Shown here: piece after piece, positions 1 through 12,734 of the stretch | How the letters are laid out: each line of letters starts with the position of its first letter | Position numbering within the stretch: position 1 is the first letter of the stretch | Assembly: GCF_009914755.1 (NCBI RefSeq) | Contig: NC_060939.1 | Source: the human T2T-CHM13v2.0 reference genome, Homo sapiens | Strand: one strand, 5' to 3' | DNA length: 64,000 bases | The notes under the pieces: model-generated | The model's input: only the letters and a program-made list of their open reading frames with translations | Databases searched by the model: none | Told to the model about the DNA's origin: nothing | Program-made: the position numbers and the translations under genes

Positions 1-85
1 AGGAAAGGAAGGGAAGGGAAGGGAAGAGGAGGGCAGGGGAGGAGAGGGGGGGAGAAGAAAGAAAGAGAGAGAGGGAGAGAGAAAG

Positions 86-116
<31 letters not shown>

Positions 117-187
117 AAGAAAGAAAGGAAGGAAGGAAGAAAAGAAAGAAAGAGAAAGAGTGAAAGAAAGAAAGGAAAGAGAGAGAG

Positions 188-246
<59 letters not shown>

Positions 247-262
247 AAAAGAAAGGGAGAGA
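1..262. repeat. Polypurine (GA/GAAA/GGAA)n tract including a perfect (GAAA)15 STR at 189-248
   Basis: Read directly; only 2 pyrimidines in ~260 nt. Confidence 0.97.
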
Positions 263-1700
263 TCCTTGACAATGATGTTTTGAGATATGTCTCCTGAAGC
301 TCTTGGTAAAGATACCTATTCCCAGACTGATCCCCCAGTGATTTTCATATGAGTAGTCCAGAGAGAATATGTTTATTAACAGGTGTTCCAGGCAAATCTT
401 ATAATCTGGCAAAGATGGAGTAAGCAGTACCTCTAGAAAAAGGATAAAAATCCACAGAACCCAAAGTCTCCCTCTGGGAGGGGGCGGACAATTGTCACCG
501 GTTTGTGATGAGATTAAATTGAAGTTTCATCTCAGGTAAAATTCTAGACCCTTGTCAGGAAAACACTCAAACATCTGTTGAATGTGATATTTTAATCTGC
601 AATTGTTGACATTGATTGTGCTTTGTGGCATTTGTTATTCAAAATCATTTTTCTGACACTTGACAGAGGAGGTGCCTTACTAAACTACTTCCACCTGCTA
701 AGATGGGTTGCATTTTGAGCAGGGTTAACTGAGGTGCACCATTTGGAAATAGTTTGCCAAAAAAAAAATGCCTCAATTCTCTTGAGGAGGCAGCCTGTGT
801 GCCTTGTGGTTTCTGAGTGCATCAAGGCTTAAACTTGAGCTCTGCATCAATCAACTAGGAATTAAGAAAGAAGACTAGAAAACAGTTTTGATAATCCAAA
901 CAATTTTTGAATGTTGAAGAGTTTTGTTGCCATTTGTTATTAGCAGCACACTAGTCCTAGTATGGAATCTTGTGACATATTGTGCAGTATTCTGTCATTC
1001 TCAGAGGCTGATTTCTTTGACTTCATAGCAAGCACTAATAGCTCATTTTGGCTAAAGCTGATAATGATGATGCAAAAATGGCTTGAGTCAATGTCCTTGA
1101 ATACACCTGAGGTAGGAAGTTTGCTCCCCACAGCTTATTCTCATCAAGATGGGAGACAGACAAATGTCAAACAGTTTGAAGGTTTAATTTCTTTAAAGCG
1201 AGAGTCAAAACTTGATATATTCTATGCAGGTTATTTATTTATTCATTTATGTATCTGCAGGAGGGGGATGGGCAGGAAAGGGGTAGAGAAGATATGTAAA
1301 TTCCCTGGATATGCATGCTGGCAATGGAAATATTCTGCTTATGCCATGTTGTGTGCAGCACATTTATTTATTTAGCATTAATTAAACTAAATTTCTAAGT
1401 GATTGAATATGGGTAACTATCTGTTAACTTTGGCTTGTGTAATATTTTCCATATTTTCTTTGTTTTATTGAAACAAAGAAAAAAGGGAGTAGTTATAAGC
1501 GAAGAGAAAATGCTAGTTTTAAAGAAAAAACATGTTTGATTAAAACTAACTTTAGTTTGCATACAAGTTTGTTCTCTCCCCAGTGACATTGTCTTTATAA
1601 CCTCTGCTTATGCAGATGAGATGTGAAAACTGCAGAATGGTCCTTCAGATAACTCTGAGGCCCTGAACATAGAATTTCAGGAACAAAACTGTTGAACATT

Positions 1701-1732
1701 ACACACACACACACACACACTCACACAAACAC
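1701..1732. repeat. (CA)n microsatellite
   Basis: acacacacacacacacacac... Confidence 0.9.
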
Positions 1733-3719
1733 AGAGTCTATGTTGCCGATAAATGAAAGCTTATTAATATCATTATATTGATAATTAATAATTTTAATAC
1801 ATTTTAAATTAAACATGTTGATAATGAAATATTACTGAATATAGTAAGAAATGTGAGTATTAGCTAACAAACAATAAAAAAATTCAAATGTAATCATTGG
1901 TATCATGCCGGTATACTTCTTAACAGTGTATTTCCTATGCATGTTTCTGTTTGTTAGAATTATCTTCTTACAGATATTAGAAAACTCAACACTAACTGGC
2001 AATTACCTAGGCACCCCCACTCCAAGAGTAGTAAGGGTTGATTCAGAACACAGCATAACCAAAACCTAGCGGACGTCTCCTGTCTCTCACTGACTTCCTT
2101 AGGAAAGTCTGAATTTTCACATCCCTTCCTGGATAAGTCAACATGGCCACCCACTCCAAAAAGCTTCCCATATTTAGGATAACTTTACAGTACCAAAATA
2201 TTCGTATCTAAGTAATGTTTAGAGAAGACTTCTTTTGGAGTTGGAAAGAAAAAACAGATATAAATTCTGCTCGTGAGTAAGACATGTCTTCTCTCAGTTG
2301 ACTCTTCCTTATTGCTGATAGCATTCAATAAGACCAAGAGCCACAATCATCTCAATTAACTGGTTTTTAAATTTTAGTTGTCACATCAAGATACTCGTTG
2401 GCAGGAGGGATCTTGTATTTATGGCAGCATTTGTTCCTCATCTTCTTTCAAAAGTAGTCATAATAAACGGATAATGATGATGATAAAGAACAGTTAATCA
2501 TTTTTAAGTAGTTTTAAGTTTTAAATAGTTTTTTCTCTGCCTGTAAAAGCAGGAGAACACTGAGCCTTCCAACAACTGAGGGCTCTGGACTCTGAAATTC
2601 AACCTCATGTGCGTTAGTTTTTTGAATCACAAATGGGGATGAAATAGCCTGGCCAGAGCTGTAGTGGAGGATGAAACATATAACACAGTAAATATGTAAG
2701 TGCACTTGCACCAAGTGCCATAAAAATTTATGAAACCACTTTGAGTGACACTCAGACCACATATACTAATCTTAAATATAAAGCTTTTTTTAAAAAAAAT
2801 TATAGGTAGCCACTTTTCAATATGAAACATTTAAGTCATTAAGTTTCTACAAAACTCCGTTGAAATTCATTACAAATGACAAAACATTATTTCCACTGGG
2901 AACCCTGGCTTGCTGCTGGTCTTTCTGGATTCATGAGAAAGGACTCAATCACGATGTAAGTTTATGTTGCCTTTCTAGAGCACAGCACAACTTGGTGTGA
3001 TGGGAAGAATGCCAGGACAGAAGTCATAAGCCAGAGCCACCTGTATGATTGGGAACTATTACGAAACGTCTCTGAATAATGGGAGGGCGATACTATTGGA
3101 TCACTTAGATCTTTTCTTCTGTTAGGGTTTTATTATTGTGTACAAGCACCAAATTTGGTCAAGATGAGAGGAAATTTTTAAAGACCAAAAAGGCAGATGG
3201 GACATATTGATCATTGGCTGGCAGTAGAGACCTCATTTCAACAAAGAGAATCTAAGTTTGGAAAATAAAAAATAAATTAAAAAATCATAGCACTTACCAT
3301 TTGGAAATTTACATCATTGTGGCCAAGACCCAGAAGTCAAACTACTTTGCCCAAGAAACAAATTTACACCTAAATAATTGACCAGAATTAAGCATCTAAT
3401 GCAAATAAAAATCATGCCATTAAGGGAGCAATTACATGAGCTCTTTTGTCAATGGTAGCCTATTATAACTTTCTCAGTCGAATAATTTACAGGGAGGTTG
3501 TTGAATTTCATTCAGCATTCAGGCTTATTGTTATGCCCATTTCTAATCAAATACATTTGAACCGAAGCCACCAGGTGATTCTTCATAAACAGCAATTAAA
3601 TATTAAAGTTAAACTTTGAAGGAAATTGTGATTACAATATCCTTCACCCCTATTTAATTTCCAGCAGAGTGGTACATTTTTAAAATCTTTCTCATACTCA
3701 TTATTACCATTGCTATTAA

Positions 3720-3955
3720 TATTATTGCTCTTAGGAAACATTATTAAACACTCACTGAGTGCTATGCACCTTTCTAAGCACTGTACCTCATTTAATCTTC
3801 ACAATAGCATTCAGTAGTAGATGCAATTACTAGGCTCCTTCCACAGTGCAGGAAACTGACAATTAAGGAGTTTAGATAACATACTCCAAAACCACAGAGT
3901 CATTAAACTGCTCAAGAAGAAGTCAAACCTAGTCTTGATTGACATCAGACTTGGG
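3720..3955 (-). mobile_element. MIR SINE
   Basis: ctcatttaatcttcacaatagc...caggaaactgac...aggagtttagataac matches the MIR core in reverse. Confidence 0.7.
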
Positions 3956-5061
3956 TTTATATTTCCAAGCTTTGAAAGTGGAAAGGAAGCAATTTAAGCT
4001 TCACTATATACCAACAATTTTGCTTCCAGTATCATTTTTAGGATAAAAATTATGTAATGCTAAGTAAAGTTTAGAGAAAGAAAACAAAGTATCAACAACT
4101 CATCAAACAGTAGAAAGACTGTTTTTACCTTTGTGTAAGCCCTAAGTCTTTATTAATGTACATGTAAGTTTATATAATTATACTGCCCATACTATTTATA
4201 TATTCGTTTTCTCCTATCTTAGTGTTACATCATAAACATTTGTGTGACAACATAGTTGTAATAGTTATTATTTTTAAAAGATAAGTGTATTAAAGAATTC
4301 ATGGAAACATTTTTGGTGGACATTTGATAACAAATATAGGTTTAATATAAAATATACAGAAATTTTAATTGAGTTTATTTTCACAGGTTAATGTGTAAAA
4401 GCTCTGTGAACTATTTTAATCCATAATCTTATATTATTTTCATAAAACAATGGGTAATAAAAATCAATTTAAGAACCATCACAATAATTATTTTCTATTT
4501 TAATATTTGATTGATAAGCATTTCTAAAACTTGCATTTTAAGTTGATTTTTTAAAACAGGATAATAGCCTCCAACCAATGGGAAAATATAGTTATTTGAC
4601 AGACAATTCATCTATCAAATAATGGTTTATATGGATGGTTTATAAGGATGAGAGTTTAGCAAGAGAAGCCAATAACTTAGAAAGTACCAAAATTCAAAAA
4701 CTTACTTTATTGTGATCAAAGTGAACTCAGCTGTGTATACAAAAGTGAGATCACTGGGTGGGAGAATTTTACTCATGAATATTATCAGCATTGCTAAAGT
4801 GTAAGAATGTTTTGTTTTATAAACTTATTGGAAGTATAATTTGCATATAGTAAGATATACCCATTCTGAACATGCAATTCAATTTTTGATGAATATATAC
4901 TTTTGTATAGTTACCATGCAATCAAGATATATGTTTCCATTATCCTGAAACTTTCTCTTTTCCCCAACATACTGAAGCCCAGCTAACACTGATCTGGTGC
5001 CTGACTCTATGAATTAGATTTTCTTTTCACTGCAGTATCACGTAATTGTAATTATAGTCTG

Positions 5062-5638
5062 TACTTGTCATATGTCCACTAAAGTGTGTCAAGCGGTGCC
5101 CAGATTAAATATTATTAAGGGCTGAGTCCATGAGGTTGTTTCTGGATCACATCAGTATTTGAATCAGTGGACTCAATAAAGTAGATTGCTTTCTCTTGGG
5201 TAGGTGGGCATCCTTCAAGTGTTTGAGCACCTGAATAGGACAAAAAGTCATAGGAAGGAAGAAAGCACTAGTTTTGCTGTCTGCCTGCCTGTTTGAGTTA
5301 GGACATAACTCTTCTACAATTCCTTGGACCAAGATTTTACACAATGGGCACCTGTGGTCCTCAGGACTTTGGATTCAGACTAGAATTACATGACTGGCAT
5401 TTCTGGGTCACCAGATTGCCGACTGAAAATAATGGCACTTGTATCCAAGTACTAACCAGGCCAGACCCTGCTTAGCTTCCAAAATCAGACAAGATCTGTT
5501 GCTTTCAGGGTGATTAGGCTGTAGATCATGATGCTTCTTAACCTCCCTAATAACATGAACCAAATGCTTATTATAAAATTATTCATATAATATATATCTC
5601 CTATTGGTTTCATTTATCTGGAGAATCATGACTAATAT
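5062..5638 (+). mobile_element. MLT2-family (ERVL) solo LTR
   Basis: gcccagattaaatattatt...tgaatcagtggactcaataaagtagattgc...gtgggcatcc...ctcctattggtttcatttatctggagaatcatgactaata are MLT2 hallmarks. Confidence 0.85.
5443..5526 (-). pseudogene. 5S rRNA pseudogene, nt ~1-84 (3'-truncated)
   Basis: Reverse complement atctacagcctaatcaccctgaaagcaacagatcttgtctgattttggaagctaagcagggtctggcctggttagtacttggat aligns without gaps to 5S rRNA GTCTACGGCCATACCACCCTGAACGCGCCCGATCTCGTCTGATCTCGGAAGCTAAGCAGGGTCGGGCCTGGTTAGTACTTGGAT. Confidence 0.95.
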
Positions 5639-7164
5639 GGCACTCTTTTGCATCCAGGCTTTTTTTTTCTCAGTATAATATATTTGAGTTTCCCCCATGA
5701 TGTTGTATATATTAATATTTATTTCTTTTTATTACTAAATAATACTCTATTTTATGAATGTACCTGTATTCCCCCATTGATGGACACTTTGGTTGCTTTC
5801 AGTACTGCAGTACTATGAATAAGGCTGCTGTGAATATTGATGTTCAAGTCTTCATGTAGTTGCACATTTTCTTTCTCTTGCATAAATAGCAAGGAGTGAA
5901 ATTGCTGTACCATGTAATACATTTATGTTGAACTTTAGAAAAACACTGCCAAATTGTTTGCTAAAGTGGGTTTAGCATTTTACATATCCAAGAGAAATGC
6001 ATAAGAGTTTCAGCTGCTCCACATCCTCACCAACGCTTGATAATGTCAGTCTTTTTAATTTTAGCTATTTTAGTATGTATGTAATGGTATCTCATTATGG
6101 TTTTACTTTGCATTACTCTGGTGTTTAACAATAATGAGCATCTTTCCATGTCTTTATTAGCAGTTAATACATCTTCTTTTATAAAGTGTCTGTTCAATGT
6201 TTTGCTAATTTTTATTGAATTGTCTGTATTTGTATTATTTAGTTGTAAGTGTTACATATTCTGAAAACATGTATCTCATATATATATATTTTTTTCTTCC
6301 AGTCTATGGTTCACGTTTTTATTTCTTTAATTATATATTTCATAGAGCAGGTATTTTTAATTTGAAAGAAGTGTAATATCTTTTTTAATAGTTTATATTT
6401 ATTCATGTCTTAAGAATCATTTGCCTATCCCAAGATCTTAAATATTTTTCCTAAGTTTTTAAAAAAATTTTATATTTTAGCATTTGCCGTTAGATCCAAG
6501 ATTCATTTAGCAGTCATTTTTTAAATGATGTAAGGAGAGGATCAAAGTTAAATTTTCTTTCATATGGCTATCCAGTAGTTCTAGCACCATTTGTTTAAAA
6601 AGACTATGCTTTCCCCCATTGAATTACTCTTGGTTTCTTTGATAAAAAAAAATTGGTCACATATTTGAACCTGTTTCTAAATTCCTTTATTTCCCATTGA
6701 TCTCTATGTCTACTATCATGCCATTACCATGCCTTAGAAGATTGCTTGGCAAATAGTAGCTGTATGACATATATTGATTGATGCAACAAATGAAACTTAA
6801 TAGATGAATTAATTTATGTATACTTAAAATGGTAAGATCTAGAGGTTCACTCAGCCCCACTGGTCTGAGGTATTAAGGTAAACAATTTCATAATTGGCCC
6901 CTAAATCCATTGGATTAATACCTTCCAGCCATTGAGTGGCAGGACCTTATTCTTTCACTAGTTTCTAAAGAAATTTCCAAGAAAGGGGAGGAATACATGT
7001 GTGCCACTGCCTGTAGTTCTACCTCCCCTCTGTTCTAGCTGATGTCATATGCTTCTACTGCTATGAATTGCTCATAAATACCCTGGGAGTGCCTGCCTTC
7101 TCTTAACCTTTGATATTCCCAGTCCATCTATGTTTACCTCTGCTCTTCCCTGTCACCTTTGTTA

Positions 7165-8348
7165 TGCCTGTCTGTAGATAACATGATCCTATATCTAGAA
7201 AATCCCACAGTCTCGGCCAAAAAGCTCTTTCAGCTGATAAACAACTTCAGCAAAGTCTCAGGGTACAAAAATCAATGTACAAAAATTGCTAGCATTTCTA
7301 TATACCAACAGTGGTCAAGCTGAGAGCCAAATCAGGAATGCAATCCCATTTATAATTGCCATGAACAGAATAAAATACCTAGGAATACAGCTAACCATGA
7401 AGGCAAAAGATCTCTACAAGGAGAACTAGAAAACACTGCTCAAAGAAATAAGAGATGAAACAAAAATGGAAAAACATTACATGCCTATGGATAGGATGAA
7501 TCGATATTGTTAAAATGCCCATACTGTCCAAAGCAATTCAGATTCAATGCTATTTCTATCAAACTACCGATGACATTCTTCACAGAACTAAAAAAAAAAA
7601 ATTAAAAATTCATATGAAATCAAAAAAGAGCCTGAGTAGCTAAGGCAATCCTAAGCAAAAAGAATAAAGCTGGAGGCATCATGCTCCCTGACTTCAGACT
7701 ATACTACAGGGCTACAGTAACCAAAACAGTATGGTACTAGTAAAAAACAAACAACAACAAAAACAAAACAAAAAAAAAAACAACGAAACCAGACACATAG
7801 ACCACTGGAACAGAACAGAGAGCCCAGACATAAGGCCATACACCTACAACTACCTGATCTTCAACAAAGTTGACAAAAGCAAGCCATGGGGAAAGACCCC
7901 TTATTCAATAAATGGTGATGGGAAAACTAGCTAGCCATATGAAGAAGACTATAACTGGACCCCTTCCTTATACTATATACAAAAATCAACTCAAGATGGA
8001 TTAAAGACTTAAATCTAAAATCCCAAACTATAAAAACCTTGGAAAACAACCTAGGCAATACCATTCAGGACATAGGAAAAGGCAAAGATTTCATGACCAA
8101 GATGCCAAAAGCAATTGCGACAAAAGTAAAAATGGACAAACAGGTTCTAATTAAAATGAAGAGCTACTGCACAGCAAAAGAAACTATCAACAGAGTAAAC
8201 AGGCAACCTACAGAATGGGAGAAAATGTTTACAAACTATGCATCTGACAAAGGCCTAATATCCAGTATCTATAAGGAACTTAAACAAATTTGCAAGAAAA
8301 AAAAAACCATTAAAAAGTGAGCAAAAGGCACAGATACTTTTCAAAAGA
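7165..8348 (+). mobile_element. L1 (L1PA/PB-type) internal ORF2 fragment lacking a 3' end
   Basis: gataacatgatcctatatctagaaaatcccac...; ORF 8039-8320 [26 protein letters not shown] is the L1 ORF2 C-terminal region. Confidence 0.93.
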
Positions 8349-8775
8349 CCTTTCTTTGTATTTTATGTAAACCTTTATAGCTATAAATGTCCCTCTTACA
8401 CTGTTTTCACTATATCCCATAAGTTTTGGTGTATTCTGTTTTCATTTTCATTAATCCACCAGTATTTTCTAATTTCCTTATTATTTCTTTTTTGATCCAT
8501 TGCTTAAGAGTATGCTATTCAATTTCCACAATTTTGTGAACCTTCCAACTTTACTTTTAACTTTATGTTATTAATTTTAAACTTTATCCCATTGTGGTTG
8601 GAGAAGATATTTAGTATATATTTGTCTTTTAATTCTGTTGAGACTTAATTTGTAACCAAACATATGGTCTATCCTGGAGAGTGCCCTGTGTGTCCTTGAG
8701 AAGAAGGTGTGTACACTTGGTGGTAAGTAGAATGTTCTGTATATATTTGTTAAATCTAATTGGTATATTGTACTC

Positions 8776-9297
8776 CATAAGTCTCCACCCCCTAGGCCAT
8801 GAACTAGTACTGGTCCCTGGCCTGTTAGGAACTGGGCTGCACAGCAGGAGATGAGCAGCCAGCAAGCAAGTGAAGCTTCATCTTTATTTACAGCCATTCC
8901 TTATCACTTGCCTGAGCTCTGCCTCCTGTCAGATCAGTGGTAGCATGAGATTCTCATAGGAGTGCAAACTCTATTTTGAACTGTGCATGCAAGGGGTCTA
9001 GGCTGTATGCTCCTTATGAAAATTTAATGCCTGATGATCTATCATTGTTTCCCATCACTCCTAGATGGGACCACCTAGTTGCAGAAAAACAAGCTCAGGG
9101 TTGCCACTGATTCTACATTATGATGAGTTGTATAATTATTTCATTATATATCACTATGTAATGATAATAGAAATAAAGTGCACAATAAATATAATGCACT
9201 TGAATCATGCCAAAACCATCCCCACTGCCCATAAGTCTATGGAAATATTGTCTTTCATGAAACCAGTCCCTTATTCCAAAAAGGTTGGGGACTGCTG
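8776..9297 (+). mobile_element. MER1A (hAT-Charlie MITE)
   Basis: ggcctgttaggaactgggctgcacagcaggag...ctctgcctcctgtcagatcag...aaaaaggttggggactgctg; ~520 bp. Confidence 0.92.
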
Positions 9298-10731
9298 CTC
9301 TATTCATTACTTGTTCTCTGTCTGGATATAATATCCATTATTAATAATGGAGTATGAAAGTTTGCAATTATTATTGTAGAACTTCCCATTTTTCTCCTCA
9401 GTTCTGTCAGTTTTTGCGTAGTGTATTTTGGTGGTCTGTCATTATTTGTGTAAACATCAGTAACTCTTATAGTTTCTTGTACTGAAACTTTATTAATACT
9501 GTATATAAGTGCTTTCTCTCTTGTAATCTATTTTTGATTTAATGTCCATTTTGTATGATATTAGCATAGCCACCCATGGTCCCTTTTGGCTATAATTACC
9601 ATGCAATATTTTTTCACCCTTTTACTTTAAATCTATTTGTGTCTTTCGGATCTAAAATGAGTCTGTTGTAAGCAGAATATACTTGAACCACATTTTTTAG
9701 AACAGTTCTGTCAATCTTTTAATTAAAATTTTTAATCTATTTACATTAAAAGTAAGTATTGATATAGAGTGATTTACTTCTGTCATTTTCCTATTTGTTT
9801 CCTGTGAGTCTTATGGTTTCTTTGACCCTTATTTCCTGAATTAGTCTTCTTTTGTTTAGTTGATATTTTTAGTGAAACTTTCAATTTTCTTTCTTATTTC
9901 CTTTTGTATAAATGCTATAGCTGTTTTCTTTTTCATTACCATAAGAATGACATCTAATATCCTAAAATTAAAATACTCTGATTTAAATTTATATCAGCTT
10001 AATGTCAATAATGTAGGAAATTTCAGCTTCTTTATTGCTTCTTCTCAACCCCTTTTGGTTGTTGGTGTCACAAATTACATTTTTTTAAATTCTGTGTCCC
10101 CAAACATAAACTAACAATATTTGACATATATAATATTATTCTCATAAATTATATAATACCCAAAATGTAGAGTTTCAAACCAAATTAAACATAAAAACTA
10201 GTTTTTAGACTAATATTTGTAATGTACAAGTTTCTAAATCATGTAAACAACAAAAAGTACAATTAAAAACCATTTTTGCAAAAATACTAGTTTTTATAAT
10301 TGTCTATGTATTTATTATATGGCTTAGAGTTACTGTGTTGTGTGTTTGTCATTTCATCCTGCAGGACTCCCTCGAGTGTTTTTTGCAGGGTAGGTTTAGT
10401 GGGAACAAACTTCTTCAGTTTCTATTTGTCTGAGAATATCCTAATTTCTCTCACTTTTGAAAGACAGTTTTGCTTTATATTGGATTCTTGGTTGATAGTC
10501 CTTTTTTTTCTTTCAGAACTTTGAATATATTGGCTCATCGACTCTAACTTTCAAAGTTTCCAATGAGAAATCTGCTGATATTCTTGAGGATCATTTACAT
10601 GTAAAGATTCACTTCACTCTGGCTGCTTGGAAGATTTGTTCTCTGTCCTTTGTTTTTAACAGTTTGATTATGATATGTCTCAGTTTGTGTTCATCCTACT
10701 TATTGCTCATTGAACTTCCTGGATGTTGATA

Positions 10732-11094
10732 AAATAGTCCCCTCTTATTCTTGGAGGATACATTCAAAGGGCCCCAGTAAATGCCTGAAACCATGGGTAC
10801 TACTGAACCCTATATATACTATGCTGTGCTTTTTTCTATACATACATACCTACAAAAATTTAATCTACAAATTAGGCACAGTAAGAGATAAACAATAATA
10901 ACTAATAATAAACTAGGACAATTATAACAATATACTGTAAGAAACTACAATTATTACAATGTACTGTAATAAAATTATATGAACATTCTCTTTCTCAAAA
11001 TATCTTATCGTTTGTACTCACCTATTTTTGGTTTATGATTGAGTGCAGGTATCTGAAACTATGGAAAGTGAAACCACAAATGGGTGGATTACTG
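10732..11094 (+). mobile_element. MER44A (TcMar-Tigger7-derived MITE)
   Basis: tagtcccctcttattc...gcctgaaacc...gaaccctatatatactatg...aaattaggcacagtaagaga...gaaagtgaaaccac...actg followed by TA. Confidence 0.85.
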
Positions 11095-11256
11095 TATTCG
11101 TGTCTTCCATCAAATTTCAGGACATTTATTTTCAGCTATTATTTCTTTACACAAACATTTGCTCTTTACTTATAAGGAGTCAGCACATAGGAACTGAATG
11201 ATCTCCAGCAACAATCTCTTCCCAGCTCAGTTTTCTTTATTTTTTAAAAATCTCAG

Positions 11257-11445
11257 TAGGGAGTGGCTGATTAATGGGTAAGGTATTTATTTTGGGGGTG
11301 CTAAAAGGTTTTGGAACTAAACACAGGTGAGAGTTGCCTAACATTTTAAATGTAGTGATTGACACTAAATTGCATACTTTAAAATGGTAAATTTTATGTA
11401 TGTGAATTTTGCCTCATTCAAAAGAAATTAAAAATAAATAAATAA
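11257..11445 (+). mobile_element. L1MB-type 3' end fragment
   Basis: aaaaggttttggaactaaacacaggtg...tgcatactttaaaatggtaaattttatgtatgtgaattttgcctca plus A-rich tail. Confidence 0.8.
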
Positions 11446-11480
11446 CATTAAGTTAAATTGAATAATACAAGCAAAAGTAC

Positions 11481-12734
11481 TTTTACCTGTTGATTTCCTT
11501 AGGTTCTTTATAGATTCTGAATATTAGACCTTTGTTGGATGCATAGTTTTTCTCTGGTTTATGTATTTACTTTCTTGATAGTTTCTTTTGCTGTGCAGAA
11601 GCTTTTTAGTTTAATTAGGTCTCACTTGACTATCTTCATTTTTGTTGCAATTGCTTTTGGAGACTCCTTTGAAATCTTTGCCAAGGCCTATGTCCACAAT
11701 GGTATTTCTTAGGTTTTCTTATAGGATTTTTATAGTTTTATGTTTTCCATTTAAGTTTTTAATCCATCTTGAGTTGATTTTTTTTTATATGGTGAAAAAC
11801 AGGGGTCCAGTTTCAATCTTCTGCATATGGCTAGCCAGTTTTTCTCAGCATCATTTATTCAATAGGGAGTCCTTTTACCATTGCTGGTTATTGTCAACTT
11901 TGTTGAACATCAGATGGCTGCAGGTATACAGCTTTATTTCTGGGTTTTCTATTCTGTTCCATTGGTCTGTGTGCCTGTTTTTGTATCAGTACCATGCTGT
12001 GTTGGTTACTATAGTCTTGTAGTATAGTTTAAAGATGGGTAGCATGATGCCTCTGCTTTTATTCTTTTTCCCTAGGATTGCTTAAGCCATTCAGGCACTT
12101 TTTTGGTTTTACATGGATTTTAGAATAGTTTTTTTTAATTGCAGAAAGTGACATTGGTATTTTGATAGGAATAGCATTGAATATATACATTTATTTGGGT
12201 AGTTTGGCCATCTTAACAATACTAACTCTTCATGTCCATGAGCATGGAATGTTTTTCCATTTGTGTCATCTCTGATTTCTTGCAGCAATGTTTTGTAATT
12301 CTCATTATAAAAATATTTCACTTCCTGGTTAAGTGTATTCCTAGGCATTTTATTTTTTGTCTGGCTAATGTGAATGGGATCGCATTCTTGATTTGGCTCT
12401 CATCTTGGACATTGTTGGTGTATAAAAATGCTATAGATTTTTGTACATTCATTTTGTATCCTGAAATTTTACTGAAGTTGTTTATCAGTTCTTTGAGACT
12501 TTGGGCAGAGACTATGATGTTTTCTAGGCATAGAATCATATCTTCCATGAAGAAAGATAGTTTGACTTCCTCCCTCCCTATTTGGATATCTTATATTTCT
12601 TTCTCTTGCCTGATTGCTCTGGCTAGGATGTCCAGTACTATGTTGAATAAGAATGGTGAGAATGGGCATCCTTGTCTTGTTCCATTTCTCAAGGGGAATG
12701 CTTCCAACTTTTGCCCATTTGTTATGATGTTAGC
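11481..12734 (-). mobile_element. Inverted 5' segment (ORF2) of an L1PA15/16-like element
   Basis: Minus-strand ORFs [47 protein letters not shown] and DMILCLEN...[18 protein letters not shown] are L1 RT. Confidence 0.93.

Larger units (their letters stand above)
4815..6735 (-). mobile_element. Old L1 (L1MB/MC/ME-type) 3' UTR and ORF2 end, interrupted by an MLT2 LTR
   Basis: Antisense L1 motifs: ttgatggacactttggttgctttcag, gctccacatcctcaccaacgcttg, tggtatctcattatggtttt, tttgcctatcccaag, tagcaccatttgtttaaaaagact. Confidence 0.85.
8349..11152 (-). mobile_element. Old L1M (ORF2 endonuclease / inter-ORF / ORF1 region), interrupted by MER1A and MER44A
   Basis: ORF 8577-8897 contains QLDLTNIYRTFY..HTFFSRTHRALSRIDHMFGYKLSLN (L1 endonuclease); antisense ORF1-type tgagaaatctgctgata near 10565. 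Confidence 0.85.

Noticed and set aside
5443-5526. Functional 5S rRNA gene
   Set aside because: Missing ~35 nt of the 3' end, CpG-decayed, no terminator, isolated copy
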